A stretch of 63,269 nucleotides of DNA, filler included, from Rhabdomonas costata (taxonomy: Eukaryota), in assembly GCA_019059605.1 (NCBI GenBank). It is 52 parts of 52 records of this genome, joined end to end, with 100 filler letters (N's around TTAATTAATTAA, not from the genome) between each part and the next. Parts side by side here need not be neighbours in the genome. Positions count along the whole stretch, not along the records: positions 10,973 to 12,091 come from JAHMHO010027651.1; positions 12,192 to 13,310 come from JAHMHO010027652.1; positions 13,411 to 14,529 come from JAHMHO010027653.1; positions 14,630 to 15,748 come from JAHMHO010027654.1; positions 15,849 to 16,967 come from JAHMHO010027655.1; positions 17,068 to 18,185 come from JAHMHO010027656.1; positions 18,286 to 19,404 come from JAHMHO010027657.1; positions 19,505 to 20,623 come from JAHMHO010027658.1; 44 more parts are not named here. One strand, 5' to 3'. Below the pieces are notes generated by a model. It searched no databases, had not been told where the DNA came from, and saw only the letters and a program-made list of their open reading frames with translations. The position numbers and the translations under genes are program-made. Shown here piece by piece: positions 11,217 through 24,883 of the stretch (position 1 is the first letter of the stretch; each line of letters begins with the position of its first letter).

Positions 11217-12547
11217 GTGTGCATTTTGAATTAGTTTTCGTTTCGGGTGGTTATTGGGTTTCCACGAAACGGGTGGTTTCTCAGATTCTTGCATGCTAGC
11301 TGGGACGACGTTTTTAATGGCTGATCGGCCAGTGGGTTGACCATACTTGCCTGTAGGGTGCAGCCGTTCCCTGTGCCGTCAGCCCCAGTCTTTGCGAGCA
11401 ATTTCCCAATTTGCGACTGGAACTCCGAGCTAAATAAAAAGGGACCTCATCTATCTGCTTTTAGGTTTTATGATATGCCCGGAAGCTCATTCCGAGGATA
11501 CTCAAGGTCGTGCACCTCCCTCCTCTTTCTGTGGCTGTCACTGTATCAGGTCATTTTTTTCATTTTCCGTTTTTCAACTGAGGACCGGTCTCAAAGCCTG
11601 TACTCTGGTGTTTGTCTCGCAACTTTGCAACTGAACTTACAACGAATCCATGGCTCCAGATTCATAATGCATCCACCATCCACACATCCACACACATCCA
11701 CCATCCATCTCTAAAAGGAGCGTCCAAGCCATTCTGCCCAGTCCTCGCCTCCTTTATTTGCCTCGCGTCCAAAAAGAAAATTCGCCGACTTTAGCGATTT
11801 CAGTTGATTGCGGCACTCGCTCTTTATGGCACCTTTATGTTACCGTCATTTGGGAGCTGCTTGTTTGTCCCTTGCAACCTGCCTTGAAAACAAGTAAAGG
11901 GTGGGAGGTGCCGTGAAGTCCACAATCCCCTAAAATCCGAAAATGTTCCTGAATGAATTGCCACAAATGCACTTGAACAACACCAACAGAAACAATAGCA
12001 GTCACGGCACATTTCCCTTCGAAAGAGTGAAAGGTAACGCTTACAGTACGTAAACAAACAAACCTATCAAAGAGTGTAACATCACACCCACNNNNNNNNN
12101 NNNNNNNNNNNNNNNNNNNNNNNNNNNNNNNNNNNTTAATTAATTAANNNNNNNNNNNNNNNNNNNNNNNNNNNNNNNNNNNNNNNNNNNNGGTGTTTGG
12201 GACGGACAGCTGAATCGGCTGTTGTGCGATGAGAGGAAACAAAGACAAAACTCAAGATGCGCGGAGGAAACGAAAAGCTGTGCCTGATAAAGACTAGTAG
12301 TGCTACTCTCCCGCGAAGGGTCCAACTGCTGGGAATGGAGTGCCAGCTTTCCAGACAAAAGGACAGGACCCCTTGTTTTTTCTTGGGCTCATACATGAAC
12401 AAGACAGAGAAGGCTAAGCTCAGGCATCTCCATGCGGAGTTGTATCAGAGACCCGCAAGAATGAAAGCGGATAGAGAAAGAGCGGATCAAGAAAAGGACG
12501 TGTGACTGTGCGTGTGTGCGAGTGTGTGGGTAGAAAAACAAACACAC

Positions 12548-13262
12548 CTCCTCTTCGTAAGCGGGCATGCCCTTCTTGACGTCGGTGACGATGGTGAGGG
12601 GGTAAAAAGCAGACCCCTTGGGGCCCTCGGGGATGGTGCCACCCAGGGTCACCTTGGCACCCATCTCCACGCTCTTTATGACCTGCTGGTGCACCTCCGC
12701 CCGGGAAGCCACACTCACCATGGGCCCTAAAAAATCCGCAAAGGCAGAGCGACAGCGCGTCCGTCTGCTTCTCACTCTTTCTGGATAAGTTGGAAGTGTT
12801 GGCATATGAGGAGCTGATGTCCCATTATGATCAGCGCTTGGGAGCTACACATGCGCGCGCCCGTATGGGCCCTCTGAAAACATGTTTCAAACGAACGAGG
12901 AATGGAGAAAAAGCAAAACTACCGAAAGCGGAAATGGACAGTGGGCTGCGTACCGTTTCACATAAACACACACACACCATGAGAGCGAGCGAGCGGGCAG
13001 GCGAAAGAGAAAAATGCGGCCGACACACACCCATCTGGGTCTCTGGGTTCAAGGGGTCGCCCACCTTGACCGCGGCCATCTTCGCCGTGAACAGTGCGAG
13101 AAACTGGTCGTACACAGCCTCCGTGACGACGAACCTCTTGGCTCCGATGCAGCTCTGACCGCAGTTCAGGGCGCGACCTGCGGTGCACATCTGCGCCGCG
13201 TTGTTCAGCTCGGCGTCCTCGAGGATGAGGTAGGGATCGCTGCCGCCCAGCTCCAGCACGGA
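12548..13262 (-). CDS. NAD(P)-dependent aldehyde dehydrogenase, succinate-semialdehyde dehydrogenase (Sad/GabD1)-like, partial; exons 13031-13262 and 12548-12726
   Basis: SVLELGGSDPYL...NCGQSCIGAKR (catalytic E and C)...TQMG-PMVS...MPAYEEE. GT-AG intron keeps frame. Confidence 0.92.
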
Positions 13263-13508
13263 CTATACGTGTGGGAGGGTGTGAGCATGCAGTAGGCGTC
13301 AATACTCACANNNNNNNNNNNNNNNNNNNNNNNNNNNNNNNNNNNNNNNNNNNNTTAATTAATTAANNNNNNNNNNNNNNNNNNNNNNNNNNNNNNNNNN
13401 NNNNNNNNNNTAGCAGAGCACGAGCACGATTCTTTGGTTGCACAATTTTGGGCAGATTTCGCTGCTGTATCACCACGACAGACAACCCCTCCCTCTTTCT
13501 TCCTTTAG

Positions 13509-13757
13509 GTTCTTCTGGTTGACCCTGGGACGATGCTCCTTCGCGACCTTTCCTCGGTGCTGGCCTCCCCGGGGTACGCCCGCACGGGTCTTCAGGGGTG
13601 GCCCTGGGCTGGGGAGCACCCGCCAGGGGCGCTGCAGGGGTTTTGGGCGGCAGTGAGGGCGTCTGGTGGGCGTCGTGGCGCGGACGGTCCTTGGGCGATC
13701 CGCGATGGGGGCCTGCTAGGAGTGCACAAGCGCCGGCACTGGAGGACTTTGCTCCTG
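13509..13757 (+). CDS. GT71 (Mnn2-like) alpha-mannosyltransferase-like exon, divergent
   Basis: VLLVDPGTMLLRDLSSVLASPGYARTGLQGWP...FW...DGGLLGVHKRRHWRTLLL parallels the GT71 pattern LFLDAD...Y..TG..FWPD...ESGQLLIDK.RHW..LLL. Bounded by tag and gt. Confidence 0.55.
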
Positions 13758-15905
13758 GTTTTCCGCGCCTTCGCCTTCCTTTTTGCTGCTGATGGCGGGC
13801 TTGTGTCCAGCCTTAGGGGCGGAGATGGGTGTTGCTCGGCTGCTATAGCGGGGGTTGCTGTCGCCCTGAAAAGAACGGGTAGGTATAAGGCTGTCTCTCT
13901 GAAGTCACAAAAACAATCCCGCTATTTTACTCTTTTCTGTTTTCTGCAGGATAGTACTCAAGCGAAAATATCGATCAACCGCTGAATGGGGATGGGGAAG
14001 GAAAGGAAGCCAGCCGTTATTAATTCCTCTCCACGCTGTGCAAGCGCCAACCCGCAGACTTCTTTTTCTTCGGTCCATTCATGTGAGCGCCGTCGCTAAG
14101 GTTGGGAAGGTTACTCTTAGAAGGTGGAAGGAACGAAGGATGGGTGCGTAGCGATCCATCCGTAGTAGGAAGCAACGAAGAAGGGTTGAGATGGAAGGGT
14201 TCTTGCCTCTGGGTTTCTTCTACAGTCATGCTGAGTTACTGCATTCTTCACTCATAGTCATGCTGATACCCGTAGCCCTAACTCACGAACCCCTCACACC
14301 TCAACCCTCCACAGAAACGCCAACACCCCAGAACCCAAGACGTGAACCCTTCAACACATAAACGCAGTAGACAGTAACACCATGACACCTTGACACAGAA
14401 ACGCAAAGACCATGACACCGTGAGACGTAAAACCGTGACACACAACCCCACAGCCCAACACTCCAACGCACCACAGAAGCAAGCAACCAACACACCATGC
14501 CACGCTGAACCCCTCACACCTCAACCCTCNNNNNNNNNNNNNNNNNNNNNNNNNNNNNNNNNNNNNNNNNNNNTTAATTAATTAANNNNNNNNNNNNNNN
14601 NNNNNNNNNNNNNNNNNNNNNNNNNNNNNCTGTGTGTTGTTTTTTCCAGTGTTCCAGGGGCGAGTGTAGCTCGGTTGCCCTTCTCGTCGTGCGTGTGTGG
14701 GGGAGTGCGGGCTCGGCACCTTGCACCTTGCTGCGGTGCAGGGGCTTCGTTGCATTTTTGCATGGAAGCAGACCCTTCTGAGAAGGCCGACCGAGGCTGC
14801 CCAGAAACGAGCTTGTGCCATAATCGTGGTTGTGAATGACCTTTCCTTTGCGGTTCAGTTGTAATTGCCCTGTCTCTCCTCTCTCTCTCTGTCTCCTGAG
14901 TGTTGCCTGCTTGTCACCCTGGCTTCGACCTTTTCAGTACCATTGCTTTTTTTGTCTTTACAGTGGTCTTCTGTTGCGTTGCTAGTGGTTGCGTCGTGTG
15001 CAAGCCTGACTCATTGATGGGGATAGTGTGGCAGGGAGACGGGGAGATGGGTCGTCTCCTATTGATTGCACACTCCTTGTTTACCGTCTTGACGGGAATA
15101 CGGGGCGTTAACAAAACAAAGGAGTCGACTACGGGGGCGGATAGAGGGGCATCATCATTCTTCTTCATTACAGGGCAGTAAATGCATTGCAGGTGAGCAT
15201 TTGGTTTGGATGACAAGGACAGTGTATACAAATACACTGTACAAACTGTGCAAGTTTGAATATGTTTGTTCGCGAAAGAATAAGACGGAGAAGGGAAAAA
15301 GTGAGATGTGTCTTAGTCAAGACGCGCGCAGCCTATGGGTGCTCGCATGGGGGTTCTATGGCAGTGTGAGGTGCTGCGGGTTGTCGGCTCACCGTAAAGT
15401 AGACGGTTCCCGCCCTTCCTTCGGCCGGACGGCGTGACCGGAAACGACTTACCCGTGGGCCTGCCCGAGGGGTCCGCGGGCCCACTACCACCCAATGTGT
15501 GCGCCCTCTGGCACCATCACTGGGCTCTTTTCAGCCTTCGGGGGGCACTTCTTTTCTTGTTTTTGCAGTCCGCAGGGTGAGTGTGGGTGACTGCTGAGAT
15601 TGTAGAGGCAGAGGGGCTTCCTTTCGGAGCTGTGGGTTACTGAGAGAGGATCACTGGAGAGGGGCGGGAGAGGCAGTGGAGAGAGGTTCAATCGAATTAT
15701 CTCTTGAGGAGAAGGGAGGGAGGCTCCTCCGCCGAAGACCACAAACCCNNNNNNNNNNNNNNNNNNNNNNNNNNNNNNNNNNNNNNNNNNNNTTAATTAA
15801 TTAANNNNNNNNNNNNNNNNNNNNNNNNNNNNNNNNNNNNNNNNNNNNGGGGGGGTGTGGGGTGCGGGCAATTGGCCGACACAGGACTGTGTGAGAACGC
15901 CTTAC

Positions 15906-16573
15906 CTAATGGGAGGGATCCTCTCTGGTGCCCATCTCCGGTGCAGCTCCACCAGCCGCGCCTGCATGTCTAGAGAGGCCCCCACTGCGGCCCGCTCGTG
16001 GGCCCTCAGCCGCTGCGGAGCGTTCCACAGCGCCATGATGCAGTCTCCGATAAACTGGGAAAATGAAGCAGAGCCAGAAAAACTGCCGAAGAATTGAGGG
16101 GGAACCCTCTGCCTTCAAGTGAGCAGACAACAGATGAGCACACAGATGATGTAACACCTGTGCGTGCATGCGCGTTGATCGGCTGGCGTCATGGTCATAA
16201 AGCACCGAGACGCAAAAACTTGCAGGACGCAACCATAGCGTGAAAAACCTAGGTCCTGTGCGTGTATGAGACAGTTTAGTGAGCTTCCGAAAACGGTTCT
16301 GGGGGAGGGGGGATGTACCCATACACACATGCCTTGTCCAGAGTCCCGTTGGAGTCCACAATGACCTCGCACATTGCCTGCAGATAGTCCTGAGTCAGTT
16401 TCATCAATTGGTCGGGTTGGATCCGCTCGCACAGGCTGCTGAACCCCGCGATGTCCGCAAACAGCACGGTCACCACGTGGCGGCTCATCACGTTGGTGCA
16501 ACTTCCCGTTTCGCCGCTCAGCATCGTCCGCACCACCTCCCTGGGCACGTACTTCACAAACGCCTTCAGCCCC
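15906..16573 (-). CDS. Class III adenylate cyclase (receptor-type) catalytic domain, partial; exons 16333-16573 and 15906-16054
   Basis: KYVPREVV...VTVLFADIAGFSSLCE...GTLDK-FIGDCIMALWNAP, joined by GC-AG intron 16055-16332. Confidence 0.93.
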
Positions 16574-18657
16574 CTACCAGACGGAGCCGAAACCCGATGG
16601 TTTATCAAAATGAGTCAGCAGTCATACCAAAATCTCCAACTCCTTGTGTCGATTTCAGCAGCTTATCCTTCCAAAGCGGAGTCGAAATGCAGCGCGCAAT
16701 GAAACACACCGCGCCCCCGCTTCGCTCCTTGGCTTCACTGGTGGCTGCATTACTCTCAGAAACACGCTCAGAAACAGGTCCCGTCACTTAAATCACGAGC
16801 TCATACCATATACAAGGTATAACGCACCTTTATCTGAACTAAATAACACCGTTTGCACTATTGAGGCAGCGGATGTTTATCATCAATTGTATATTCTTCT
16901 TAAATCGAAGACAAGAGATGTATCCTGTCCGAGTAAGAGAAGATCGGGAAACCCGAGAAAAAACCACNNNNNNNNNNNNNNNNNNNNNNNNNNNNNNNNN
17001 NNNNNNNNNNNTTAATTAATTAANNNNNNNNNNNNNNNNNNNNNNNNNNNNNNNNNNNNNNNNNNNNTGTTGGTGTGGCCCGACGCCAGGGGGGGGGGCT
17101 GATTCAAATATCGTGTCAGAGGATCAATGTAATGCAGATGGGAAGTTGCCCGGTTCTGGCAGAACGTAAAGGATAGGGAGAATTGTGCGCGGAACGCATT
17201 GCAAGGAGAAAAAGCAGAAAAAGGAGGGTGCAGGCACTCGATACCGATGAAGGTGTGGCGGGCATGCTCCAACCGTGCAGAAGTTTCCTTTTCTTCGCCG
17301 TGGCGGGGCGCTACAGAAAACGAAAGTCAAAACGAAAAACTATGATAATCATCAATCATCAAACTTACTCTACTTTCGTCACCAAGTCAGAGACATCAGC
17401 GAACATTTGTGCGGATGCGAATGCCGAATGAGCAAAAAAATAAAAGCCAGGAGAAGAATCCGTGCAAGGATGAACCAGCACTCCTACCGCCGGAAGCGCC
17501 GACGGATCGATGGGGCGAAATATTTTCAGCGCCTCCTCCCCGTCGTACCGCTTCCCTGAGAAAGGAGGGCCCACCAGAAACCAGATAAAAATAAAAAAAC
17601 CCAACATGCAGGGCGCTCTCTAACTCCTCAAAAGAGAAGACAGCGCATACACACTTGGGGACTGGTTTTGGGTGGTGTTCTGCGGTTTACCGCAACGATG
17701 CACAGAAAACTAACCGATTTCATCCAGTTTCCAGAAAAGCACAGATCTCCCTCTCTGGGGGCAGGAGAGGCTTCCACGTGGGCCGATGGTGAGAGGGATG
17801 AGAACCATCCCCCAAATGTGCACGCGGGATTGCATTTACCGCACTGATATTTCCAAAATACACAGAAAGGGAAAGAAAGTTGGAGAGAAAACCGTGGAAG
17901 TGTGCGGCTTCAAACTCGAGCAGGAACTTTTCGTAGATTATCTTCAGCTGCTGAGCAGCATTACTGCCTTCGAGTGAGTCGTAGAAGCCAAGGTCCTCTG
18001 TGCGCAGCGAGCACAGCGCGAAGTAAAACCTTACAAAAAGCAGCTCAGGCGGCGTGGCGAACCCAGAAACTACAGTCGTCCTGAGGGCGAGATGGAGGAA
18101 CATCTGAAAAGATACTTGAGACACTAACGTTAAATGACAGATAAACAGGCCTGTCAACGATTCAGCATACCTCCCCCCCAACCCCNNNNNNNNNNNNNNN
18201 NNNNNNNNNNNNNNNNNNNNNNNNNNNNNTTAATTAATTAANNNNNNNNNNNNNNNNNNNNNNNNNNNNNNNNNNNNNNNNNNNNGTGGGCTGGTCACAG
18301 CGCAGGAGCTTTCAGCCTTGCTTAATGTTCGCCCCCCTCCCAAACTAACACACACACGTCCTTCCGAATCTGCCTCGCTACTGTTCATTTGAACTTGACA
18401 AATCCGTTGGCTCTCATGTCCACCATTGTAAGGAGTTGCTTAGGTGCTGATTTGTGGAGGTCCCAGCCCGGTTTTTCTGTGTTAGTCCTGGATTCTTCTT
18501 TTTGGTTATATACGCTTCTGTGAGTTTTGATTTTTAATGCTTTCTGTTTCCGCCTTCTCGGGTGATTACGGTGTAGGTGGGGGGTGTTGGATATAGAGCT
18601 CCTTCAGTCAGTTCAACTCCAGAGACCTTGACTCGCCATGGTCCTGGTTTGACCCAG

Positions 18658-18872
18658 AGGCCGCGCACATGCTGATGCGTCGGCTTCGGCATGACGTGTC
18701 CGTGCTGGGCTCGTCCGTGCTGGACAGCGCCCACGTGGCTGTGAATGCCGGGGTGTTCGCGCGCAAGGCTGTTGAGGTGCTGGTGCAGCTTGTGTTTGGG
18801 GTGGTGGTGCAGTACGGGCTGAAGGCTGTGATGTTCATCACGGCGCTGTTCTACCTGCTCGCCAACGAGGAG
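18658..18872 (+). CDS. TMEM245/AI-2E family membrane protein exon
   Basis: ...VQLVFGVVVQYGLKAVMFITALFYLLANEE with GC-rich codons and cag/gt borders. Confidence 0.55.
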
Positions 18873-19749
18873 GTCTACTGGGCTTTATTTCTTGCTGTTT
18901 TTTTTTGGCCGGAAAGTTCTGGGTAGTGGCATTGCCCTACACCGCAGACGTTGCTTGTTTTCTTTTTACATGTTTGTGTTGTTGTGTGTGGGGTGCAATA
19001 CTGCGCCAATTCAGCAATTCAGCACTGAAGCTAAGCAAATGGGAAAGCAAGAGCGAAGAAACGACGTTGAGCGGAAAAGTCGGGATAACAAACAAACGGC
19101 ATCGGGTGCTAGGCGAGGAAAAGGTAAAGAGCCAAGCTTGGTGTTCGGGAAGGCATCCAACAGAGAGTGCAGCAGGAGAGCCGCATGAGGGAACAAGAGG
19201 GCGTTTTGACCTCCTTCAGCAGTACCCCTAGTACTGACCGATCCGAGCAGTTGAATACATTCTTGTTCACGTGGAGAATGAATTTTCCTGGAACACGCGC
19301 TTCTGCTTCTTCTGCGTAAATCTTCTTTGTAATTCCAACTTCCCAACGTTGAGCCCCAAAAAACGCCAATTCCCCCCAAAAATGCATCGCACCGCTTTGA
19401 GATTNNNNNNNNNNNNNNNNNNNNNNNNNNNNNNNNNNNNNNNNNNNNTTAATTAATTAANNNNNNNNNNNNNNNNNNNNNNNNNNNNNNNNNNNNNNNN
19501 NNNNGGTGGTTGGTTAAGAGAGGGGTGATGCTGATTGCAGGTTTGGCTCATTTGAAGGAGGAGAAAAAACGAAGAACGTGAAAACAGCGAATTGCTGGAG
19601 AGGAGAGAAGAATATTGCAAAACTTGATAGCCATAAGCAGACAGAGAAGAGAGCAACAGATGAAATTAATCAATATGGGGAGAGTGGATGTCCGAGTAGA
19701 TGCGTGTTCCTGTGTTCGTGTGTGTGTGTATGTGCATTTCTTGACGCAG

Positions 19750-19923
19750 TCGGGAACCACCCCTCTTCCGGGGAGTGGGCCGCAGTGGCAGGCCCTGCGG
19801 GATGGCGACCTGGGCGCCGAGGTTGAGCACGTGCTCAGCCCGGCCGTGCTGCAATTGGTGCGGCGGATGACCCAATCCGTTGCCCACGAGCGGCCCGACT
19901 CGTACGAGCTTTTGCAGGACAGG
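19750..19923 (+). CDS. Wee1/Myt1-family protein kinase, C-lobe exon
   Basis: LPGSGPQWQALRDGD...LVRRM...ERP..ELL matches the Wee1/Myt1 LPxxGxxWxxLRxG motif and subdomain XI. Confidence 0.7.
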
Positions 19924-22900
19924 GTACGTTTGCGAAGAGAAGGGGGGAGAAGACGACAACCGTCCGGACACACCTTCTCAATGTCCACTTTGATGCACAG
20001 CTCCTGCACGGGGCCAGCACGCACTGCTTCATCATTGTGATGTATTTCTGTTTTCCCGTCGTCCTTCTTTGCTTTTCTCAAGAGTCCACCGTGACAATTG
20101 GAAGCATTTCGTGTCAAGTTCCTCAACCCTGTCTTTTATCCCCTCTGTCCAATTGACATTGGGAGTGTGTGTGGGGGCGGGGGCGGGCGGTAACAGCTAC
20201 CCGGTGGAAAGAGAACACCGACTTAGAATTGTTGTTTTTTCAGTGCCAGGTAAAATGTATCAGCTTGCTCGAAAGGGTTTATTTTCAAAATTACTGCTGA
20301 GTAAAGACTAGCCAGCTACTGTGTGGAGGAGTGGGACAGCATTTAGAGGCGAGTTTCAGTTCGTGGTGAGTTTAAAATGCATGTTCTCATGGGGAAATTG
20401 CTACCACTGGTGACCGTTGCTTTCCACTGCCCACCTCAAGAGCACCAACCCTCTCCCTCTGATCAGCAAACTTGTTGCGCACTCCTGCAAATTTGAACTA
20501 CGTATGTTGTTTTGTTGCGTTGCCCATCCCAATTTTCCCAATCTCTGTGTGCGGGCCTTCCTGCACATGAGTCCGCCCGAATCCCTAATCACGCCGCTCT
20601 GCAGTGCGGCATGACAACACATANNNNNNNNNNNNNNNNNNNNNNNNNNNNNNNNNNNNNNNNNNNNTTAATTAATTAANNNNNNNNNNNNNNNNNNNNN
20701 NNNNNNNNNNNNNNNNNNNNNNNCGAAGATCGCAGCGCGGTGGTTAGATTCCTAAGGGGTGGGAGCTGGAGACTCCTGTCTGTCGAGGGAGAATCCAGTA
20801 CAGTAAGACGATTATATAGCCGTTCTGGTTCAGAGACCTTTCTTTCTCGGACAACTAGGCAGCGGGAAATCAAAAAGCGTGCGTGCAGAAGGCGCCTTGC
20901 GGGGTGCGGGGTGAGGCCCTAAGGGCATTTTGTGGCGTCCTTGCCTGCGGCCTTTGCAAAGATTCTTCCCACAACCCCACTTCCCCTGTGCAACGTGAGC
21001 CACGACGAGATCCTCTACCTTCACACCGACTTCATCATTGGCAGCCTGATGAGGGAGCACGCAGACCCAAACAAGTGGTGCGTTCGTGCCCTGTTCGGAA
21101 ACCCATCGAGGTGACGAGGCGGAAAATGTTGTTTTTGTTGGCAGGAGCGTCCTTGGCTGAAGCCTAAATCACCGATGAGGTTCAGCAGTGGGAATCACTG
21201 AACTTTGCCAGTGTAAGAGCTCAACCAGTGTAGAAACGAACATGCAGTGAAAAGAACTCGCAGACGGGAATCGACCGTGCTGGCAACTCAGAATACGATG
21301 AGATGCTTCTCTACGATGAATGAACGAACCAAGAGCATAAGATAAGTGTCTTCACCCACAATCACAGAGACTCTAACTTTCCGGTGGCAAGAAATTCTGT
21401 GCTGGCGGCAGTTCTTGGCACCAGTTCCGGACCCTGGAACCTGCTGCTACCCAACCGGATTTCTGATTTTCTGAGTATTACATTCAACTCCTGTCCTGTC
21501 CTGTAATTAAAACAAGGACCTACTCCAACTTTCCCAGTTAAAAACCCTGCTTCCAGAAGCCAGGTCTTCCAAGATCCGATAGGTATAATGATTGTTGTTT
21601 TTCATTGGGAGTTGGGACCCATGACCGGCGTTTCCGTCTTCCCTTTGCCGCTGACACCTGCCTCATCGCACCTTCGGATCGCGGACATTTCAGCCACCAA
21701 TAGCAAAAGCTTATGCGGTGTGCACCGTGACCCTTCAATTCCAGGAGGGCTGTGGCTATGCTGAAGCCCAGCCTGGGCCGGCCTGCAGTGAAGCGGGCCC
21801 GCTCTCCGGAGGGCCGCCTGCCCCACCCAGCACCCCCACCCCNNNNNNNNNNNNNNNNNNNNNNNNNNNNNNNNNNNNNNNNNNNNTTAATTAATTAANN
21901 NNNNNNNNNNNNNNNNNNNNNNNNNNNNNNNNNNNNNNNNNNGGGGGGGTGGTGCAAAGCGCGTAGCGCTCTTTGTAGCGACAAGTCGTCTCGTGGTAGC
22001 AGAGTCTATTGGGGAGAAGTTTCGTACGAGTCAGGTTCGTATAATACCGCCTGAGGCATGGAGCCTGCCAGCGACACGCAAAGCGTTGATCGCATTGATT
22101 TGTATAAGGCGAAGAAGGGACCTGTATTACAGAGTGTGTGTTGTGTCCCTGACCAGAATCAGGAGAAGGCGAACCACCGGCGCAAAGCATAGAGTAGACA
22201 TTTAAATCTTTCCTGATTCACTCAGCGTCTCTGTTTTGACAGAGGGCAACACAGCAGTTGACGGACAGTCTGGTTCAGAGATTAAGAGTAACGGGTGGAC
22301 TTCCAAGTGAAGAAGAGGGCCCAGGAGCCGGAAGAGCAGCAGTACACGTGACAGCTGTGCCGAATCAGGCTGAGTTAGTGAGTGGAGCTCTTCGTAAACT
22401 GCAGTAAAAGGACCCCAATTTTCCCAAATACCACTGGAACGCAGCTAATTTCCTCCATTGGTTGGTGGCAGTGGATGAGATGAAGGACTTTTTTAGGGTC
22501 CCAGAAAGCCAAACCTAGAACACGAAATCGGAATTCCTAAATAACAAGGCAGAATTCACAACTCCCTATACACAACCCTATCTGAGACCCACAGTACCCG
22601 AATACAAGAAACTACAGAATGCAAAAAACGGAACACATACACCCACGTGAAAAACACCGGTGTCAGAAAATCCACCCATGGTAAAAGAACGCTAAATTTT
22701 TACTTTCATGGGCACTCATGTTACCTTACTCCAAAACATCCCGGTCTCATTTGTGTAAAACGCTCATTTACTACCATCCTGCTAAACTTGCATACTGACC
22801 TGGTACCACTAGGGTTTTTGACGTCTATGCCACTTAAGAGCCTATGAAAGGTGTGATTTATGCCCTAAAAACGCCCGGCGAGAAAAAAGACGAAAAAATG

Positions 22901-24656
22901 TCCAAAACGTCTTCTTTTTTGCTCTACTCTGTATCAAGATATAATCTCATAGTCACTAAATAGCCAGGTGGTTGTGTAAGAAGTAAAAAGGAGAAAAAAC
23001 CGCGCATTTTGGGTGAAAGAGATGAGTGACCATCTAACACCTATACACAAGAACAACAACCNNNNNNNNNNNNNNNNNNNNNNNNNNNNNNNNNNNNNNN
23101 NNNNNTTAATTAATTAANNNNNNNNNNNNNNNNNNNNNNNNNNNNNNNNNNNNNNNNNNNNGGGGGGGTGGGGTTTCCTGAGTCATTCTATTTCAAAATA
23201 CTGCCCCCCTTCCCTAACATTCAGCTCTGTGAAATAGAATGACTCAGCAAACCCCCCCCCCAGCTACCTGTATTGCTGATGTTTCCGCAATCAGTGCCCC
23301 ACAATACCCCATTTTTCTTGCTTACAGCTATCTTCCAGTTTCTGGTTTTGGTGTAAAGTATTGCCTTTTCCTTACGTACAGTATGCGACCATGATGCTGT
23401 TCAGGTCATTTTTTGTGGATCCACTTGTTTGTGTGCATCCACGCGCGTATTTGCAAGATACATCCTTTTGTCCCACCTTTTCTATTCGTGTGGCTTTAAA
23501 GTGAATATGATCTCTCGGAACACAGCGGATAACATGTGAAGAAAGGCTAACGACAGTGGCGAAAACGTCCAATAAATCGGAGAGAAGACAACCAGAACCG
23601 CCGTGGGACCAGGCGCGGAAGTTGTGCAGATCAAGGAACCCAGACGACAAACCCACAACTAAAGCGCAAAGGAACCCAAAAAAAACCTGGCCCGGAAAAG
23701 AAGTTTTACAGGGCCCATAAGTACGCCCACAGCTTTCGCGCGAAAGCAAACAAAGCAAAAACCAAACCGGAAAAATGCACGTCAGAAAGAGCCACCTGAC
23801 TCGTGCAGCTGTGTTGCTATCTCGGCGAGAGTTCCTCTACGAATACAGGTGCCGTCCAGCAAGACAGGATCGCCCCTGGGGTAGTCCTGAGATTCACAAA
23901 AACCGCGACGCAAGTGGCCCAGCCACCCACTGTCGGCCACAGTCGGCAACCTGCCTCACTACCCGGAGCCCACAGGAAACCCCGACATGATTGCTATCCT
24001 TCTAACAGCCCCTCCCTCCGTTCCAGCCCATACGGCTCCAATCTATTGAACTGCTATACGAACGCGCTGCTATGGAAATACGAACGCGCCGAAACACTGT
24101 CGATGCCGGGTCCCTTGGAGGCACAGAAAATAAATTTCACAGGCCTAAACATAGTGGAGGGCCAAAACTGCATTCGCGCAGCCCAAAAATGATGATGACA
24201 CTGGAGTCATTTCAGGGAGGCACGGCGGAAATTCCGACACAACGGCACGCAGAATTGAGAGACAGGGTACCTTTTTCTCANNNNNNNNNNNNNNNNNNNN
24301 NNNNNNNNNNNNNNNNNNNNNNNNTTAATTAATTAANNNNNNNNNNNNNNNNNNNNNNNNNNNNNNNNNNNNNNNNNNNNGTCGGTTTGAGACAGAAAAC
24401 AAAGGTACGGACAACTTTCGAGAGGTTTACGTTTTCGATTAGTACGACAAGTAAATATACTAAGCACGCCAAAGCTCAATTTGATCCAAAGCTGCTCCGT
24501 GATACTAACCTTGGTACCTTGCCGCATTAAAGAATACGTGTCCACATCGAACTACGAAAGAAACCAGGCCATAATATGAAAGCGAGAATCTAAGTTTTGG
24601 GCATGCTCCAGATTCCATGTCCGTATGTTGACGGTTGGCCTGGACGGCATACAAAC

Positions 24657-24883
24657 CGCTTTTGTCGGGAGTGTGTCGCAGAGTCAGCTGCGGAGTCTGG
24701 CGACGGCATGGGCTGGTCCACCGGAGGGGCTGCCTCCATTACAACGGCCTCTCCAAAGCAGACCCGAATCTCGCGGTCGCTCCCCGTGCTAGAACGGCCA
24801 GGACTCTTCTTCAGGGCACTGGAGGGGGAGATAGGGCTCTGCCGTTCCACGGAGCAAACCGAGACCCAATCTTCACGGGGCTC
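24657..24883 (-). CDS. Ser/Pro-rich hypothetical exon
   Basis: Open frame between a pyrimidine-tract tag acceptor and a gt donor. No family recognised. Confidence 0.3.

Noticed and set aside
17860-18105. Two small minus-strand exons separated by a 37-39 nt intron
   Set aside because: The frame is open without splicing, the acceptor is ambiguous and no family was recognised.
23172-23195. tttcctgagtcattctatttc resembling the euglenid spliced leader
   Set aside because: The match is partial, lacks the following T-run and GT donor, and is one arm of a terminal fold-back.
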